Notes: generated from the letters alone by a model not told the origin. Numbered from the stretch's first letter, positions 19,855 through 29,210 are shown. The stretch is DNA of 64,000 nucleotides from Chloroflexota bacterium (GCA_011322445.1 DRMV01000020.1:64157-128156); one strand, 5' to 3'. Numbers and translations are program-made.

Positions 19855-21222
19855 TCACTGCTTGTACGCGTCTTTCGCCGCGGCTTCAATGTCTTGCAAC
19901 ACGGTATCCAAATCAGTGCCGCCGACGTAATCCAAGATGCCGGTCCAAAATGCGCCGGCGCCCACCGCGGGCGGCATCATATCCGAGCCGTCAAAGCGGG
20001 CAACTTTGGCGTTGATGATGGCTTCGGCCATCTTGCGGGTCAGCGCGTCGGGGTAAGCATCCAGGCTGACTTGTTTGTTAGCCGAGATGAAGCCACCCTT
20101 GGCAGCCCAGATTTCCTGCGGCTTGGCGCTGGCAAGGTATTCCACAAACTGGCGCACTTCGGGCGTGTCGTTGAGCATCACGATGACGTCGCCCGCAATC
20201 AGCGCCGGGGTGCCCCATTTTTCGTCGATGGGCGGCAGAACGAAGAAATCATAGTCTTCACCCGGCTTCAGCCCCTTGGGGAAGAAGCTGGTGATGAACG
20301 AAGCCTGGCGGTGCATGTAGCAGCCCGGCGGGTTGTCGAACAAGGGGCGCGGGGCGTCGCCAAAGTTGGTGTTCAGTTCACCTTGCGTGCCGCCCCAGAC
20401 GTATTTGTCGTTGAGCGCGATTTTGCCGAAGATTTCCCACGCGTTCTTGACGGCAGGGTCGGTCCAGGGGATTTCGTGGCGCACCCACTTGTCGTACGTT
20501 TCAGGCCCGGCAGTGCGGAGCATGATGTCTTCAATCCAGTCGGTGCCAGGCCAGCCGCTGGCCGCGCCGCTTTCCAGCCCAATGCACCAGGGCGTGCCGC
20601 CGTCGGCCACGATTTGGTCCGAGAGGGCCATCATTTCATCCCACGTCTTGGGAATTTGATAGCCTTTGGCCTCAAAGGCCTTGGGGTCGTACCACACCAG
20701 GCTCTTGATGGCCACTTTGTAGAAAATGCCATAAAGGTGGCCGTCGTAGCTCGCCAGGTCAACCCACGATTGACCGTAGTCTTGCTTGACCTTGTTGACA
20801 TCCATGAAGGAATCCAACGCCACGAGATGACCACCTTTGGCCAGCTCGTAAAGCAAGCCGGGGTTGGGCAAAATGGCGATGTCGGGCGGGTTCCCGGCCT
20901 GCACACGCGTGGTCAACACCGCGGACAGGTCACGCGTGCCTTCGAAAGCCACGCCGATGCCGGTTTTCTCGGTGAAGGGTTGCACAGCATCCTGGAAGGC
21001 CACGCGCTCGTCACCACCCCACACGCCCATCACGGTGATGGTCCCTTTGTGGGCCTGGACGGGCACGGTGACTTCAACCGTGCGTTCCACGGGCACGGTG
21101 ACTTCGACGGTGCGCTCTACGGGCACGGTGACGGTGACGGTTTTTTGACCGCAGGCCACCAGCACCATGCTCAACGCAACCAAAAGGCTTAAAACAACCA
21201 TCGCTTTGCGATAGCGAAACAT
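19855..21222 (-). CDS. extracellular solute-binding lipoprotein of the sugar ABC transporter
   Basis: Signal peptide with lipobox LVACGQ, followed by a family-1 sugar-binding fold. 455 aa. Confidence 0.9.
   Translation of the reverse strand: MFRYRKAMVVLSLLVALSMVLVACGQKTVTVTVPVERTVEVTVPVERTVEVTVPVQAHKGTITVMGVWGGDERVAFQDAVQPFTEKTGIGVAFEGTRDLSAVLTTRVQAGNPPDIAILPNPGLLYELAKGGHLVALDSFMDVNKVKQDYGQSWVDLASYDGHLYGIFYKVAIKSLVWYDPKAFEAKGYQIPKTWDEMMALSDQIVADGGTPWCIGLESGAASGWPGTDWIEDIMLRTAGPETYDKWVRHEIPWTDPAVKNAWEIFGKIALNDKYVWGGTQGELNTNFGDAPRPLFDNPPGCYMHRQASFITSFFPKGLKPGEDYDFFVLPPIDEKWGTPALIAGDVIVMLNDTPEVRQFVEYLASAKPQEIWAAKGGFISANKQVSLDAYPDALTRKMAEAIINAKVARFDGSDMMPPAVGAGAFWTGILDYVGGTDLDTVLQDIEAAAKDAYKQ
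21061..21138 (-). repeat. in-frame 30-nt tandem repeat (2.6 copies) inside the binding-protein gene
   Basis: gggcacggtgacttcaaccgtgcgttccac / gggcacggtgacttcgacggtgcgctctac / gggcacggtgacggtgac. It encodes VTVPVERTVE VTVPVERTVE VTVPV directly after the lipobox Cys. Confidence 0.9.
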
Positions 21223-21286
21223 GGACCTCCTCCTTAAAAATCATGCGCAAGGAACGAACGGGACAAAAGAGAGGGAATGCAAATCA

Positions 21287-22351
21287 CTATTGGGCCGACT
21301 CACCTCCTTTTGGGGTTATGGCCGCGCCACACGAGGCGCGCACGATGAGTGAAGTTTGAAGTAAGATATGAGGTTGGAACGCTTTGCCGCGAGTAATGAT
21401 TTCAATCAGCAGGTTGCCCGCTTCTTGCCCCAAACGAAAAGCCGGCACCCGAACAGTAGTCAGTGGTGGAATGGTAAAGCGGGTCGTCGTCAGGTCGTCG
21501 AAGCCCACAATGGCGACATCCTGGGGCACGCGTAGGCCGGCATCCCACACGGCCTTCAAGGCACCTAAGGCCACCATGTCGCTGGCAACGAAGACGGCCG
21601 TGGGACGGGGCAAGCACGCCAGGAGTTTCTGCATTGCGCGATAGCCGCTTTCCTCATCGAAGTTCCCCCACTGCACCCAGGCTTCGTCAGGCGTCACCCC
21701 CGCTTCTGCCAGCGCCTGGCGATAGCCTTCCAACCGCTGGCGGCTGGCGACATAATCGAGGGGGGCGTTGGTAATCATGCCAATGCGCCGATGCCCCAGA
21801 CTCAGAAGATGCTCTGTGGCCTGGCGAGCGCCCTGGCGGTTATCCACGTCTACCCAGGGAATGTCGCTATCGGGCAACTGGCCGTGCAGCACCAGGGGAA
21901 AGCCTTGCTGGTGAAGGGCTTCCAGATAAGGGGAATCAGCCCGCGGCCCAGAGAGGATCAGCCCATCAGCATGGCGCCCCTGGGCAAGTTCCAGGAAGGC
22001 ATCGTCGGGCTCATCGGGCTCCAGCGGGCGGAAGATGAGATGATAGCCATGTTGCCGCAGAGCGCGGGTGATGCCTTGAAGCAAGGCTGGCAGAAAGGCG
22101 TCACGATAGTCGGCATCGGGGCCGCGATGCCACACCAGCGCGACGGTAGCCGTTCTGCCCTGAGCCAGGCGTCGCGCTGAGGCGTGGGGGTAGTAGTGCA
22201 ATTTGTGGGCAGCCTCGAGGACCCGCTGGCGGGTTTCGGGGCTGATGTGGGCATTCGGCGCGTTATTGAGCACCAGGGAAACCGTGGTGCGCGAGACGCC
22301 CGCGAGGCGAGCCACGTCGTAAGAAGTGGAACGTTTGGGGGAAGAAGCCAT
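21287..22351 (-). CDS. LacI-family transcriptional repressor
   Basis: Start re-assigned to MASSPKRSTSYDVARLAGVSRTTVSLVLNN (HTH). Periplasmic-binding-protein-like effector domain. Confidence 0.9.
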   Translation of the reverse strand: MASSPKRSTSYDVARLAGVSRTTVSLVLNNAPNAHISPETRQRVLEAAHKLHYYPHASARRLAQGRTATVALVWHRGPDADYRDAFLPALLQGITRALRQHGYHLIFRPLEPDEPDDAFLELAQGRHADGLILSGPRADSPYLEALHQQGFPLVLHGQLPDSDIPWVDVDNRQGARQATEHLLSLGHRRIGMITNAPLDYVASRQRLEGYRQALAEAGVTPDEAWVQWGNFDEESGYRAMQKLLACLPRPTAVFVASDMVALGALKAVWDAGLRVPQDVAIVGFDDLTTTRFTIPPLTTVRVPAFRLGQEAGNLLIEIITRGKAFQPHILLQTSLIVRASCGAAITPKGGESAQ

Positions 22352-22369
22352 ACACCGGACCTTTACCTG

Positions 22370-22383
22370 GTAACGCGCGTTAC
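22370..22383. promoter_or_regulatory. candidate LacI-family operator O1
   Basis: Perfect 14-bp palindrome GTAACGCGCGTTAC with a central CG, 19 nt upstream of the lacI-type start codon. Confidence 0.6.
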
Positions 22384-22444
22384 TTATCACACTTAGCGGA
22401 AGGAACGTCCCTCAGGGGCCTCACTTCCGCCTGTTTTCTTTTTT

Positions 22445-22460
22445 AGTAACACGCGTTACT
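22445..22460. promoter_or_regulatory. candidate LacI-family operator O2
   Basis: AGTAAC-ACGC-GTTACT carries the same half-sites as O1, 75 nt further upstream. It abuts the truncated end of the IS256 relic. Confidence 0.5.
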
Positions 22461-22522
22461 AACGCCTGGGAACACGAACCGACCTTACTTCCTCTTTTAT
22501 TATAGCCATGTTGGGGAAAAAG

Positions 22523-23278
22523 TCAACTGCCACTGCCTGGGCGTTTTGCTGCAGGTGGAACTGGCAACGCTGCCACGGAATGCCGCCAAACACCGCGTGC
22601 GGCTCGTAAACCGGCATAGTCGTCGCTGATGATGAGTTCCACACCCCGCAAGCCCCGTTGCGCCAGGCTCTGCAGGAAGGTGCGCCAGTGTACTTCCTGC
22701 TCGCTCAGAGCCACAGAAACCCCTAAAACGGTGCGTTTGCCGTCTTCTCGCACACCGACGGCCTTCACAAAACGGCCACATCTCGCACCTGACCACTCAC
22801 CCGAACATGCTCGTAGTGGGCATCCAGATAGAGATAGGGTGTCGCCTGGGCGCTCAGGCTGCGCTCCCGCCAGCCCTGGAGCGTTTCGTCCAGGGCTTGT
22901 GCAACCTGGCTGACGGCTGTGGAAGGAATTTTCACGCCCAGGATCTTTTCCACGAGGACAGCCACTTTGCGGGTGGCCACACCGAGGACATACATCTCTG
23001 CAGGCGCCAGCATCATGGCCCGTTCACTACGCTGGCCTTTGGCGAGCACGGAGGGGTATGCGCACCTGGGACACCCGGAGTTCAATGGGGCCAAGGCGGG
23101 TTTCGAGGGCTTTGGGCTTGAAGCCATTGGCGTAATTCTGGCGGTCTGGGGTACGTTGGTAAGGTGCGGCTTGAAGGTCTTCCTGGCGCTCGGCGAGCAT
23201 GGCGGCGTTGAGAAAGGCTTGGACAAGTGCAGGGAGCGCATCCAGACCTCGCTGAATCAGATCCTCCACCGGCCCCAT
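22523..23278 (-). pseudogene. IS256-family (Mutator-type) transposase relic, frameshifted and 3'-truncated
   Basis: Transposase-like pieces lie in different frames: LNAAMLAERQEDLQAAPYQRTPDRQNYANGFKPKALETRLGPIELRV (23027..23278); EMYVLGVATRKV...YLYLDAHYEHVRVSGQVRDVAVL (to 22765); AVGVREDGKRTVLGVSVALSEQEVHWRTFLQSLAQRGLRGVELIISDD (22523..22768); and PWQRCQFHLQQNA (about 22530..22600). The region carrying the catalytic E is missing and no terminal inverted repeats were identified. Confidence 0.8.
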
Positions 23279-23352
23279 CCTTTTTTACAGAAAAAAGTTT
23301 ACACTACTGGCGCAGGGTAGGCTGCTGCAAACCGTAACGGGTTGGGGGCTTA

Positions 23353-23382
23353 GGGATGGACGCGCTGCAACGCGCCCATCCC
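23353..23382. terminator. GC-rich hairpin just downstream of the 651-aa lipoprotein gene
   Basis: GGGATGG-aCGCG-ctgcaa-CGCGc-CCATCCC. A T-tract follows only in the plus sense, so any terminator role for the minus-strand gene is uncertain. Confidence 0.35.
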
Positions 23383-23395
23383 TTTTCAACCTCGA

Positions 23396-25351
23396 TTACG
23401 GGCAATAGCGCAATTGTGTTTGCTGCAACGTGCTTTCCGCACCGTTGCCCGCGTCGTCCACGGCTTTGATGTAGAATTCCACATAGCCGTCCCGTTGCTT
23501 CATCCAGCCTGCGGCTTCTTTGGTATTGACCAACACCTCAAAACCTACCTGACCGCCCATGGCCGCATCGTGTACCGGCGCGGTGTGCCAGGCGCTGGGT
23601 TTCCCGCCCTTGGGGGTGAAGCGGTAGACCAAGGTGATGTTGCTCTGGCTGATGCCGCCGTCATCCGTCACCCGCGCGGTCACGTGGAGGATGGTCGAGC
23701 CGCACAACCCCGGCCCGTAGAACACCTGGGATTCCAACGCCCGCACATCGCGGATGGTGGGCGGCGTGGTGTCCGAAGCCGGGGGCGGGGTGGGTGTCGG
23801 CGTAGGGGTTGGGGTAGGCGTGGGCGGTGGCGGCGGGGTGACAACGGGCACGGCTTCCAGACCCTCGATTTCGCCCAGGTAGGTCGCCACCCAGCAGTGC
23901 ACCTGGTAAGGCTCCCAATATACATACAGCCACGAGTTGTCGGCCAGCCGTCCCTCGACGGGAACCTCACTGCCCGCCATCAGCGTGGCCACCGCGGCGT
24001 AAACCCGACTGGGGCCCTGGCGGCAGAAGGCGTTTTGCGTGGGATGGAAGACCAGCGGCACCGGGCTGGGCGGGGTGGGCGAGCCGTCCACCGGGTGCAC
24101 CGTCAGAAACTGAAAGTCCCAGCCGAAGTCGGCGCTCACGCTGGTCTCCAGCGCGGCGGCGACGGGTTGGGCCGCCACGCCCTCGGTGGTCGCCGGGTGC
24201 GTCCACCGACCGGGGGGCAGGATGCCGTCGTTGGGCGTCTCGCCAGCGTCCACCTGGACGCAGAACGAACCCTCGGGAACGCCAAAGGCGTAGTGCCCCT
24301 CGCTGTCGGTGAGGGCGCTGTCGAAGAGCACCCCATCGCAACCGCCGACATACAGGTTCACCTTCACCCCTGCGATGCCCGGCTCGTCGGCCTGGCGGAT
24401 GCCATCGCCGTGGACGCTGCCGTCGGCGTCCACTACACAGCCTTCCGGCGGCGGGTCGGGCAGGGGGCCGTCGGGCACGTCGCATAGGTCGTTCCAGACC
24501 ACACCTTCGATCCGTCCCCAGGGCGCGCAGTCGCTGCCGGTGGGTGGGTTGACCAGAAAATGCCGCGTCTCGGAGTAGGGGCCCACGGTGCCGTCGGCCC
24601 GTACCGCGGCCACGCGCCAGTAGTAAATCTGGCAGGCTGACGGCTCATGCCCCAGGCCCCAGACGGTGGAGGGGTCGCCGGTGCCACCGTTCAGCCCCAC
24701 GTCGACTGAAAAATCCGCTGCGGTGGATACCTCGATGCGATAGCCGTCCGGCAGGCAGGGCTCCGGATAGTCCCAAACGAAGGCATCTGCGGGGTAGTCG
24801 AAGGCCGCCCCGTTTTCGGGGGCGAGCAGCACCGGCGCGGCCAGGGCGGTGCCCGCGTCGCACATGGGGCCGGTGAAGAAAACGATTCGCCCGGCCGAGG
24901 CACCGGCCCGGCCATCGGAGCCCACCGCGTGGATGGACCAGGCGTAAGCCGTGGCGGGCTGGAGCGCGGTGGGAGGCGTCCAGCGCCGCGCGGTGGCGGG
25001 CAGGGCTTCGCGGACGACCGTGGCGTCGTCGAAGGTGGGGCCGGTGTAGAAGTACAGTTCGAAGTGGTCGGGCACGCAGGGGGTGGTCGCGTCGCCGTAC
25101 TGCCAGGTGAGTTCCGGCGTCAGGGTGTCCACCACCGCCCGGTCGCCTGGGCTGGTTTGGGTCAGGGCGCCCATGTGCGCGGAATCGCACACGGGCAGGG
25201 GCAGCCCTGGGGCCGCCGTGGTGCCACCGGGAGCTATCGGCGTGGCTTGAGGCGCAGGCGTGGTCGGGAGGTTACAGGCGGCCAGCCCAAAGGTCAGCAG
25301 CAAGGCCGCGGTGAAAGGCCAAAAGCGGAAGAAAGATGAAATACGGCGCAT
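23396..25351 (-). CDS. secreted multidomain lipoprotein, function unknown (FN3-like repeats, SdrD-B/Cna-B-like, SH3b-like, PT linker, Ig-like)
   Basis: Lipobox LTFGLAACN. Two FN3-like modules (LTPELTWQYG...YAWSIHAV and FVWDYPEP...YYWRVAAV). GIAGVKVNLY...TDSEGHYAFGVPEG module. PPPPPTPTPTPTPTPTPPP linker. Confidence 0.7.
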   Translation of the reverse strand: MRRISSFFRFWPFTAALLLTFGLAACNLPTTPAPQATPIAPGGTTAAPGLPLPVCDSAHMGALTQTSPGDRAVVDTLTPELTWQYGDATTPCVPDHFELYFYTGPTFDDATVVREALPATARRWTPPTALQPATAYAWSIHAVGSDGRAGASAGRIVFFTGPMCDAGTALAAPVLLAPENGAAFDYPADAFVWDYPEPCLPDGYRIEVSTAADFSVDVGLNGGTGDPSTVWGLGHEPSACQIYYWRVAAVRADGTVGPYSETRHFLVNPPTGSDCAPWGRIEGVVWNDLCDVPDGPLPDPPPEGCVVDADGSVHGDGIRQADEPGIAGVKVNLYVGGCDGVLFDSALTDSEGHYAFGVPEGSFCVQVDAGETPNDGILPPGRWTHPATTEGVAAQPVAAALETSVSADFGWDFQFLTVHPVDGSPTPPSPVPLVFHPTQNAFCRQGPSRVYAAVATLMAGSEVPVEGRLADNSWLYVYWEPYQVHCWVATYLGEIEGLEAVPVVTPPPPPTPTPTPTPTPTPPPASDTTPPTIRDVRALESQVFYGPGLCGSTILHVTARVTDDGGISQSNITLVYRFTPKGGKPSAWHTAPVHDAAMGGQVGFEVLVNTKEAAGWMKQRDGYVEFYIKAVDDAGNGAESTLQQTQLRYCP

Positions 25352-25401
25352 GAGGTTCTCCTTTTGTATTCAGTGATGGGTAGGGGCAGCAGTGCCGTCC
25401 C

Positions 25402-26829
25402 CTACCCGTTCTCCATTCGCGGCTGCACGCGGAACACATGCACCACCGACTTGTCCTCGTCGGCCAGGCGCTCGATGATGTAAATCAGCCCCCGCTCGCG
25501 GTCGAAGGCCATGGCGCCCACCAGGTCGCGTTTGTACGCTTCCAGGTGGATGTGCGGGTCGAAGAGGACGTCGTCCAGCACCAGGGTGGCGTAAGGCTGG
25601 GGTTCCCAGGTTTCCTTTTCGCCGCGGGCCACCGCGACCAGGTCGGCGGGGTCGTAGAAGATGAGTTGCGCCTGGTAGCCCTCGGCCCAGTAGCCCCGGT
25701 CGTCGTAGGGCCAGTCGGGCACTTCGGGGCAGGTGGGCGGGTTTTGCTCCGCGCATTCGTAGGGCCACACCACGCCGTTGGCGAAGCCGTACCAGGACTG
25801 GCCCACGGCTTTGGTGCCCACGAAGACCACCGCGGCTTTGTCCCCGGCCGTGAGCCACGCGCCGCCCCACCAGTGATCCGCGTCGCCGTAGCCCTGCATG
25901 GCCGTGGTCTCGTCGCTGACGATGTCCGTAGCGCCGGGTTCCTGCCGGCCGTAGAGCAGCAGGGGCTGCACGGTGTGCAGCGTGGCGCCGGGCGCGGGCG
26001 GGTTGCCTTCCTGCCAGGGGGCTAAGGCGAAGAGGGCCGGGCCGCGGCCGCTCCAGGGGCCTTCGCGGGCCCGCCCCACCGCCAAGGCGCGGCCACCTAA
26101 AGCCGCAGCCCATGCCGGGGGAATGGCGAACATGTAGTCGTCGGTGACATAGGGGGAATACCCGTCGCACACCCACAGCCCATCGGCCGCGCCCTGGCTC
26201 AGGTTCAGCCCCCGCCGCCCCAAGGAGGGCTCGCCGAACTCCTGGAAGTGGGCGCCGAAGGTGAAGTACAGGTGGGCCTCCTGCTGGCCTTCCTGGGGCG
26301 GCAGGTAGGCCAGGCCCGCGCGGGGCAGGTCCACGGCCTGGGGGTCGAACAGGCCGCCGCTGAGGTCGGCGAAGGGCTGCAAGGTGGTGGCGGTGGGCAG
26401 GTCGTCCAGGTTGCGGGAGCGCACCGGCGCGGGGATGCTGATTTCCGAGACCTGCATCTCCTGGTCGTGGCCGAAGCCCATCAGCGAGCCGGGAAAGCCG
26501 TCGTCCGGGCCGTTGGGGTCGCCGCCGGGGATGTAGGTGAGCCCCTGGCCGCTGTAGGCCCAACTGGAGCCGCCCGAAGCATCGGGCAGGCGAAAAGCGC
26601 CTAAGTATTCCAGGTCTTGGGGCCGGATGCGCGCCGCGGTGGGTGCCGGGCCGCCCTCCTGGCCGGAAGGCGGGGCGGTAGCCGCCTCGAGGGCCGCGGT
26701 CATCGGGGGCGCGGTGGCCGGGCTTTGGGCCGGGTTCTGCGCCGGGGCTGCCGTGAGGGGCGTGCGGCCCAGGTTGCAACTCAGCAGGATGCCCAGGGTC
26801 AGCAGTACAAGGAAGTGGGGTTTGTTCAT
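25402..26829 (-). CDS. secreted lipoprotein, function unknown
   Basis: Start re-assigned to ATG 26829 (MNKPHFLVLLTLGILLSCN lipobox), 7 nt after AAGGAGG. Normal amino acid composition, in contrast to the overlapping R/P/G-rich 572-aa alternate-frame ORF. Confidence 0.7.
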   Translation of the reverse strand: MNKPHFLVLLTLGILLSCNLGRTPLTAAPAQNPAQSPATAPPMTAALEAATAPPSGQEGGPAPTAARIRPQDLEYLGAFRLPDASGGSSWAYSGQGLTYIPGGDPNGPDDGFPGSLMGFGHDQEMQVSEISIPAPVRSRNLDDLPTATTLQPFADLSGGLFDPQAVDLPRAGLAYLPPQEGQQEAHLYFTFGAHFQEFGEPSLGRRGLNLSQGAADGLWVCDGYSPYVTDDYMFAIPPAWAAALGGRALAVGRAREGPWSGRGPALFALAPWQEGNPPAPGATLHTVQPLLLYGRQEPGATDIVSDETTAMQGYGDADHWWGGAWLTAGDKAAVVFVGTKAVGQSWYGFANGVVWPYECAEQNPPTCPEVPDWPYDDRGYWAEGYQAQLIFYDPADLVAVARGEKETWEPQPYATLVLDDVLFDPHIHLEAYKRDLVGAMAFDRERGLIYIIERLADEDKSVVHVFRVQPRMENG

Positions 26830-26991
26830 AAAACCTCCTTGGGCCGACAGATTTTCTGTAATTACCTGCGTGGTGGCAAAACGCCTCTGTCGGCGGTTTT
26901 TCTTTGGAGTGCGGCGACGAGTTGCCTGTCCTGAGTGCATCGAAGGGCCGCTTTCCAAAGCGGTGCCAAGGCACCGCACTCCGAAAAGGGC

Positions 26992-27022
26992 GTAGGGGCG
27001 ACCCCGGCGGGGTCGCCCCTAC
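26992..27022. repeat. GC-rich REP-like hairpin, perfect copy
   Basis: GTAGGGGCGACCCC-ggc-GGGGTCGCCCCTAC forms a 14-bp perfect stem. A second hairpin, CGGTGCC-aa-GGCACCG, lies at 26961..26976. Both are in the gap between two lipoprotein genes. Confidence 0.8.
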
Positions 27023-27050
27023 GGGTGGGGGGAGGCCGCCGGGCATTCCC

Positions 27051-29198
27051 TTACGGGTACCGCGAAGGGCGCACGAGGAAATGCACATCGAGGTAAGGCC
27101 CGCGGATAACGCCTTGCTGGGGGGAACTCAAATCTCGCAGCATGGCAGGGGTGAAGGTAAAGACGGTGTAGGTATGCAACAGGGAATCGGCAAGTGTCCA
27201 GCAATCCCAGTCTGCCATCATGGCGCCGATAAAGATGGGTTGGCCGGGCTCGTAGGGCAAAACGATGGTGGTGGAATCGGGCATTTCGTAGTGGGGACAC
27301 CCTTGACCGATGCAACTCTCGTTTTGGGTTTGCATCCAGCCGAAGATGTCGCGTTCGATGCTGAAAGTACCCCGCGTGAGGCGCGGCCCCAGGCGACATG
27401 CCCGGCCATGAGGCCTAAGGTGCCACAAGAAGTATTGGTGTTGCCCTCCGGTCTCAGCCCAGAATTCAGCGAATCCGACCGGCCCTACCGAATCACGGTT
27501 CCCTTCGTCGTTGGGCAGGTCGTGCACGCTTATGCCGGTGAAAGTGATGTGAACGCTGCTGATGCAGGGGAGGCCGTCCCATACCAAACGGTTGCTCCAG
27601 GGCGAGCAGATGAGCGCGCCGCCGTCGGGCGCGTTCCGGCAGGCCCGCATTTGCAGGGTGAGGTGCTCGTCGCAGGCGGGCTGCAAATCGCTCACGTCCA
27701 GCGAGCGCCAGGTAGGGTGAGAAATCGCCAAGGTCCAGCCCCAGTCGCTGTTCGAGGAATCCACCTTCAGTTCGAAGTGATTCAGCGCCTCTTCCTGCCC
27801 CTCCCACTGCCAGTGCAACTGGAAGGGACCGTCGCCTCGGGGGCCGAAGGTGAGGGACTCAAGCATGGGCGGCGGCAACGCGGCTTCCTCACAACTGGGG
27901 TGGCACACCCGATAGGTGCCCCACGCGCCGCCCAAGGTGATATCGTGGACGCGGCCATCCCAGGTCTCCGGCGCGTGGCGGCCGGTGACTACGCCCATCA
28001 ACAGCGGGGGACGGCCTGCCTGGTGGGCCAAGCACTCCAGGCGCAGCCCCAGGGGTTCCCGCAGGTCGTGGCGGAAGCGCAAACTGAGAGTGTCGGAAGC
28101 GGTGCCGGGGCCGAAGACCTCGGCCGGCGACCAGACTTCCTCGCCTTCCCGGGCCATGGTGCGCTCAAACTCAAAGCGCACCGGTGGGTCGTCGTCCACA
28201 CGCAGGTAGCAGAACAGGTCCACATACGGGGTGCCGTCGGTGTGCAGGGGCTGGAGGTCAATCTCCACCTGGCCGACCATGGGCGTGTCGGGGGAGAAGA
28301 AGCGCCCGGGGCCGGGATCCAGGGCAGGCTCGGCATCCGCGGGCGGGGGTTCGGCCGGCGGGCCGTCGCCGCCGGGGGGAATGCCGCCGTCACCACCGCC
28401 GGGCGGCTCCGCGGGTGGGCTGTCACCGTCTGGAGGCATGCCGCCCTCTCCGCCGGGGGGAACCACAGCGCCCGGTTCACCCGCAGGGGCGTCGTCGGCC
28501 AGGGCTTCTTCGGGCACAGGGCAGCCATCCATGCCCGCTCCCCACTCGGCGGGGCAGGCGTCGCGGGGGTCGGCCACGCCGTCAGCGTCGGCATCGGGGC
28601 AGCCGTCGGTGGTGGGGGCCGCCGGGGTATCAGGGCAGAGGTCGGCGGTGTCCAGCAAGCCGTCGCCATCGCGGTCGGCGGCGCTGGGGGCCGGGCAGCC
28701 GTCGCCCAGGCCGGCCTGGTCGGGGCAGGCGTCCGCCGCGTCGGCGATGCCGTCGTCGTCGCGGTCGGAGGAGGTCGTGGTGGTTGCGGTCACATGCACG
28801 CTGGCCAGGAAGGCTTTCCCCTGGGTGTTGTAGGCCCGTACCACCAGGGCGTGGGCCCCTTCTGCGGGAATCCAGACCGTTTCGATGGGCAAGGCGGTGG
28901 GGTGGGTGCCCGCCGGAGGGGTGATGGTGTGAAACAGGCGGCTATCCACCCAGAGTTCCACCCGGCCCACACCCTGGGATGAGCGGGCCATGGCCCGCAC
29001 GGGGACCGTGTCGCCGGCGGTGAGTTGGGCGCCTTCCAGCGGGCTTTGGAAGAGCACTAAGCCGGGGGTGGTGGGGCGGCGGTTGAGTTGATAAAGCACG
29101 TACCCCCCGCCAAGGAGCACCAGGCCCCAAAGGAACAGCGCCAGACATCCCAGAGCCAGCAGCCCGGCTTTGTGTTTGGAAACTGTGGCGTTACCCAT
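27051..29198 (-). CDS. membrane-anchored protein with an Ig-like domain, thrombospondin type-3-like Ca-binding repeats and a ~420-aa Cys/Trp-rich C-terminal domain of unknown function
   Basis: N-terminal TM helix LLALGCLALFLWGLVLLGGGYVL. Repeats DRDDDGIADAADACPD, DRDGDGLLDTADLCPD and DADADGVADPRDACP. P/G-rich linker PPGGEGGMPPDGDSPPAEPPGGGDGG. Confidence 0.7.
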   Translation of the reverse strand: MGNATVSKHKAGLLALGCLALFLWGLVLLGGGYVLYQLNRRPTTPGLVLFQSPLEGAQLTAGDTVPVRAMARSSQGVGRVELWVDSRLFHTITPPAGTHPTALPIETVWIPAEGAHALVVRAYNTQGKAFLASVHVTATTTTSSDRDDDGIADAADACPDQAGLGDGCPAPSAADRDGDGLLDTADLCPDTPAAPTTDGCPDADADGVADPRDACPAEWGAGMDGCPVPEEALADDAPAGEPGAVVPPGGEGGMPPDGDSPPAEPPGGGDGGIPPGGDGPPAEPPPADAEPALDPGPGRFFSPDTPMVGQVEIDLQPLHTDGTPYVDLFCYLRVDDDPPVRFEFERTMAREGEEVWSPAEVFGPGTASDTLSLRFRHDLREPLGLRLECLAHQAGRPPLLMGVVTGRHAPETWDGRVHDITLGGAWGTYRVCHPSCEEAALPPPMLESLTFGPRGDGPFQLHWQWEGQEEALNHFELKVDSSNSDWGWTLAISHPTWRSLDVSDLQPACDEHLTLQMRACRNAPDGGALICSPWSNRLVWDGLPCISSVHITFTGISVHDLPNDEGNRDSVGPVGFAEFWAETGGQHQYFLWHLRPHGRACRLGPRLTRGTFSIERDIFGWMQTQNESCIGQGCPHYEMPDSTTIVLPYEPGQPIFIGAMMADWDCWTLADSLLHTYTVFTFTPAMLRDLSSPQQGVIRGPYLDVHFLVRPSRYP

Positions 29199-29210
29199 GA
29201 TTGTCCTCCG

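Noticed and set aside
23770-23830. G-rich, GT-periodic DNA at 23770..23830 and 29500..29650
   Set aside because: These stretches are the coding sequence of the Pro/Thr-rich interdomain linkers ((PT)n) on the minus strand, not independent DNA repeats.
25370-27088. 572-aa ORF in an alternate frame on the same strand as the 475-aa lipoprotein gene
   Set aside because: The composition is dominated by R, P and G, with no signal peptide or SD. The other frame has an AAGGAGG SD, a lipobox and balanced composition.
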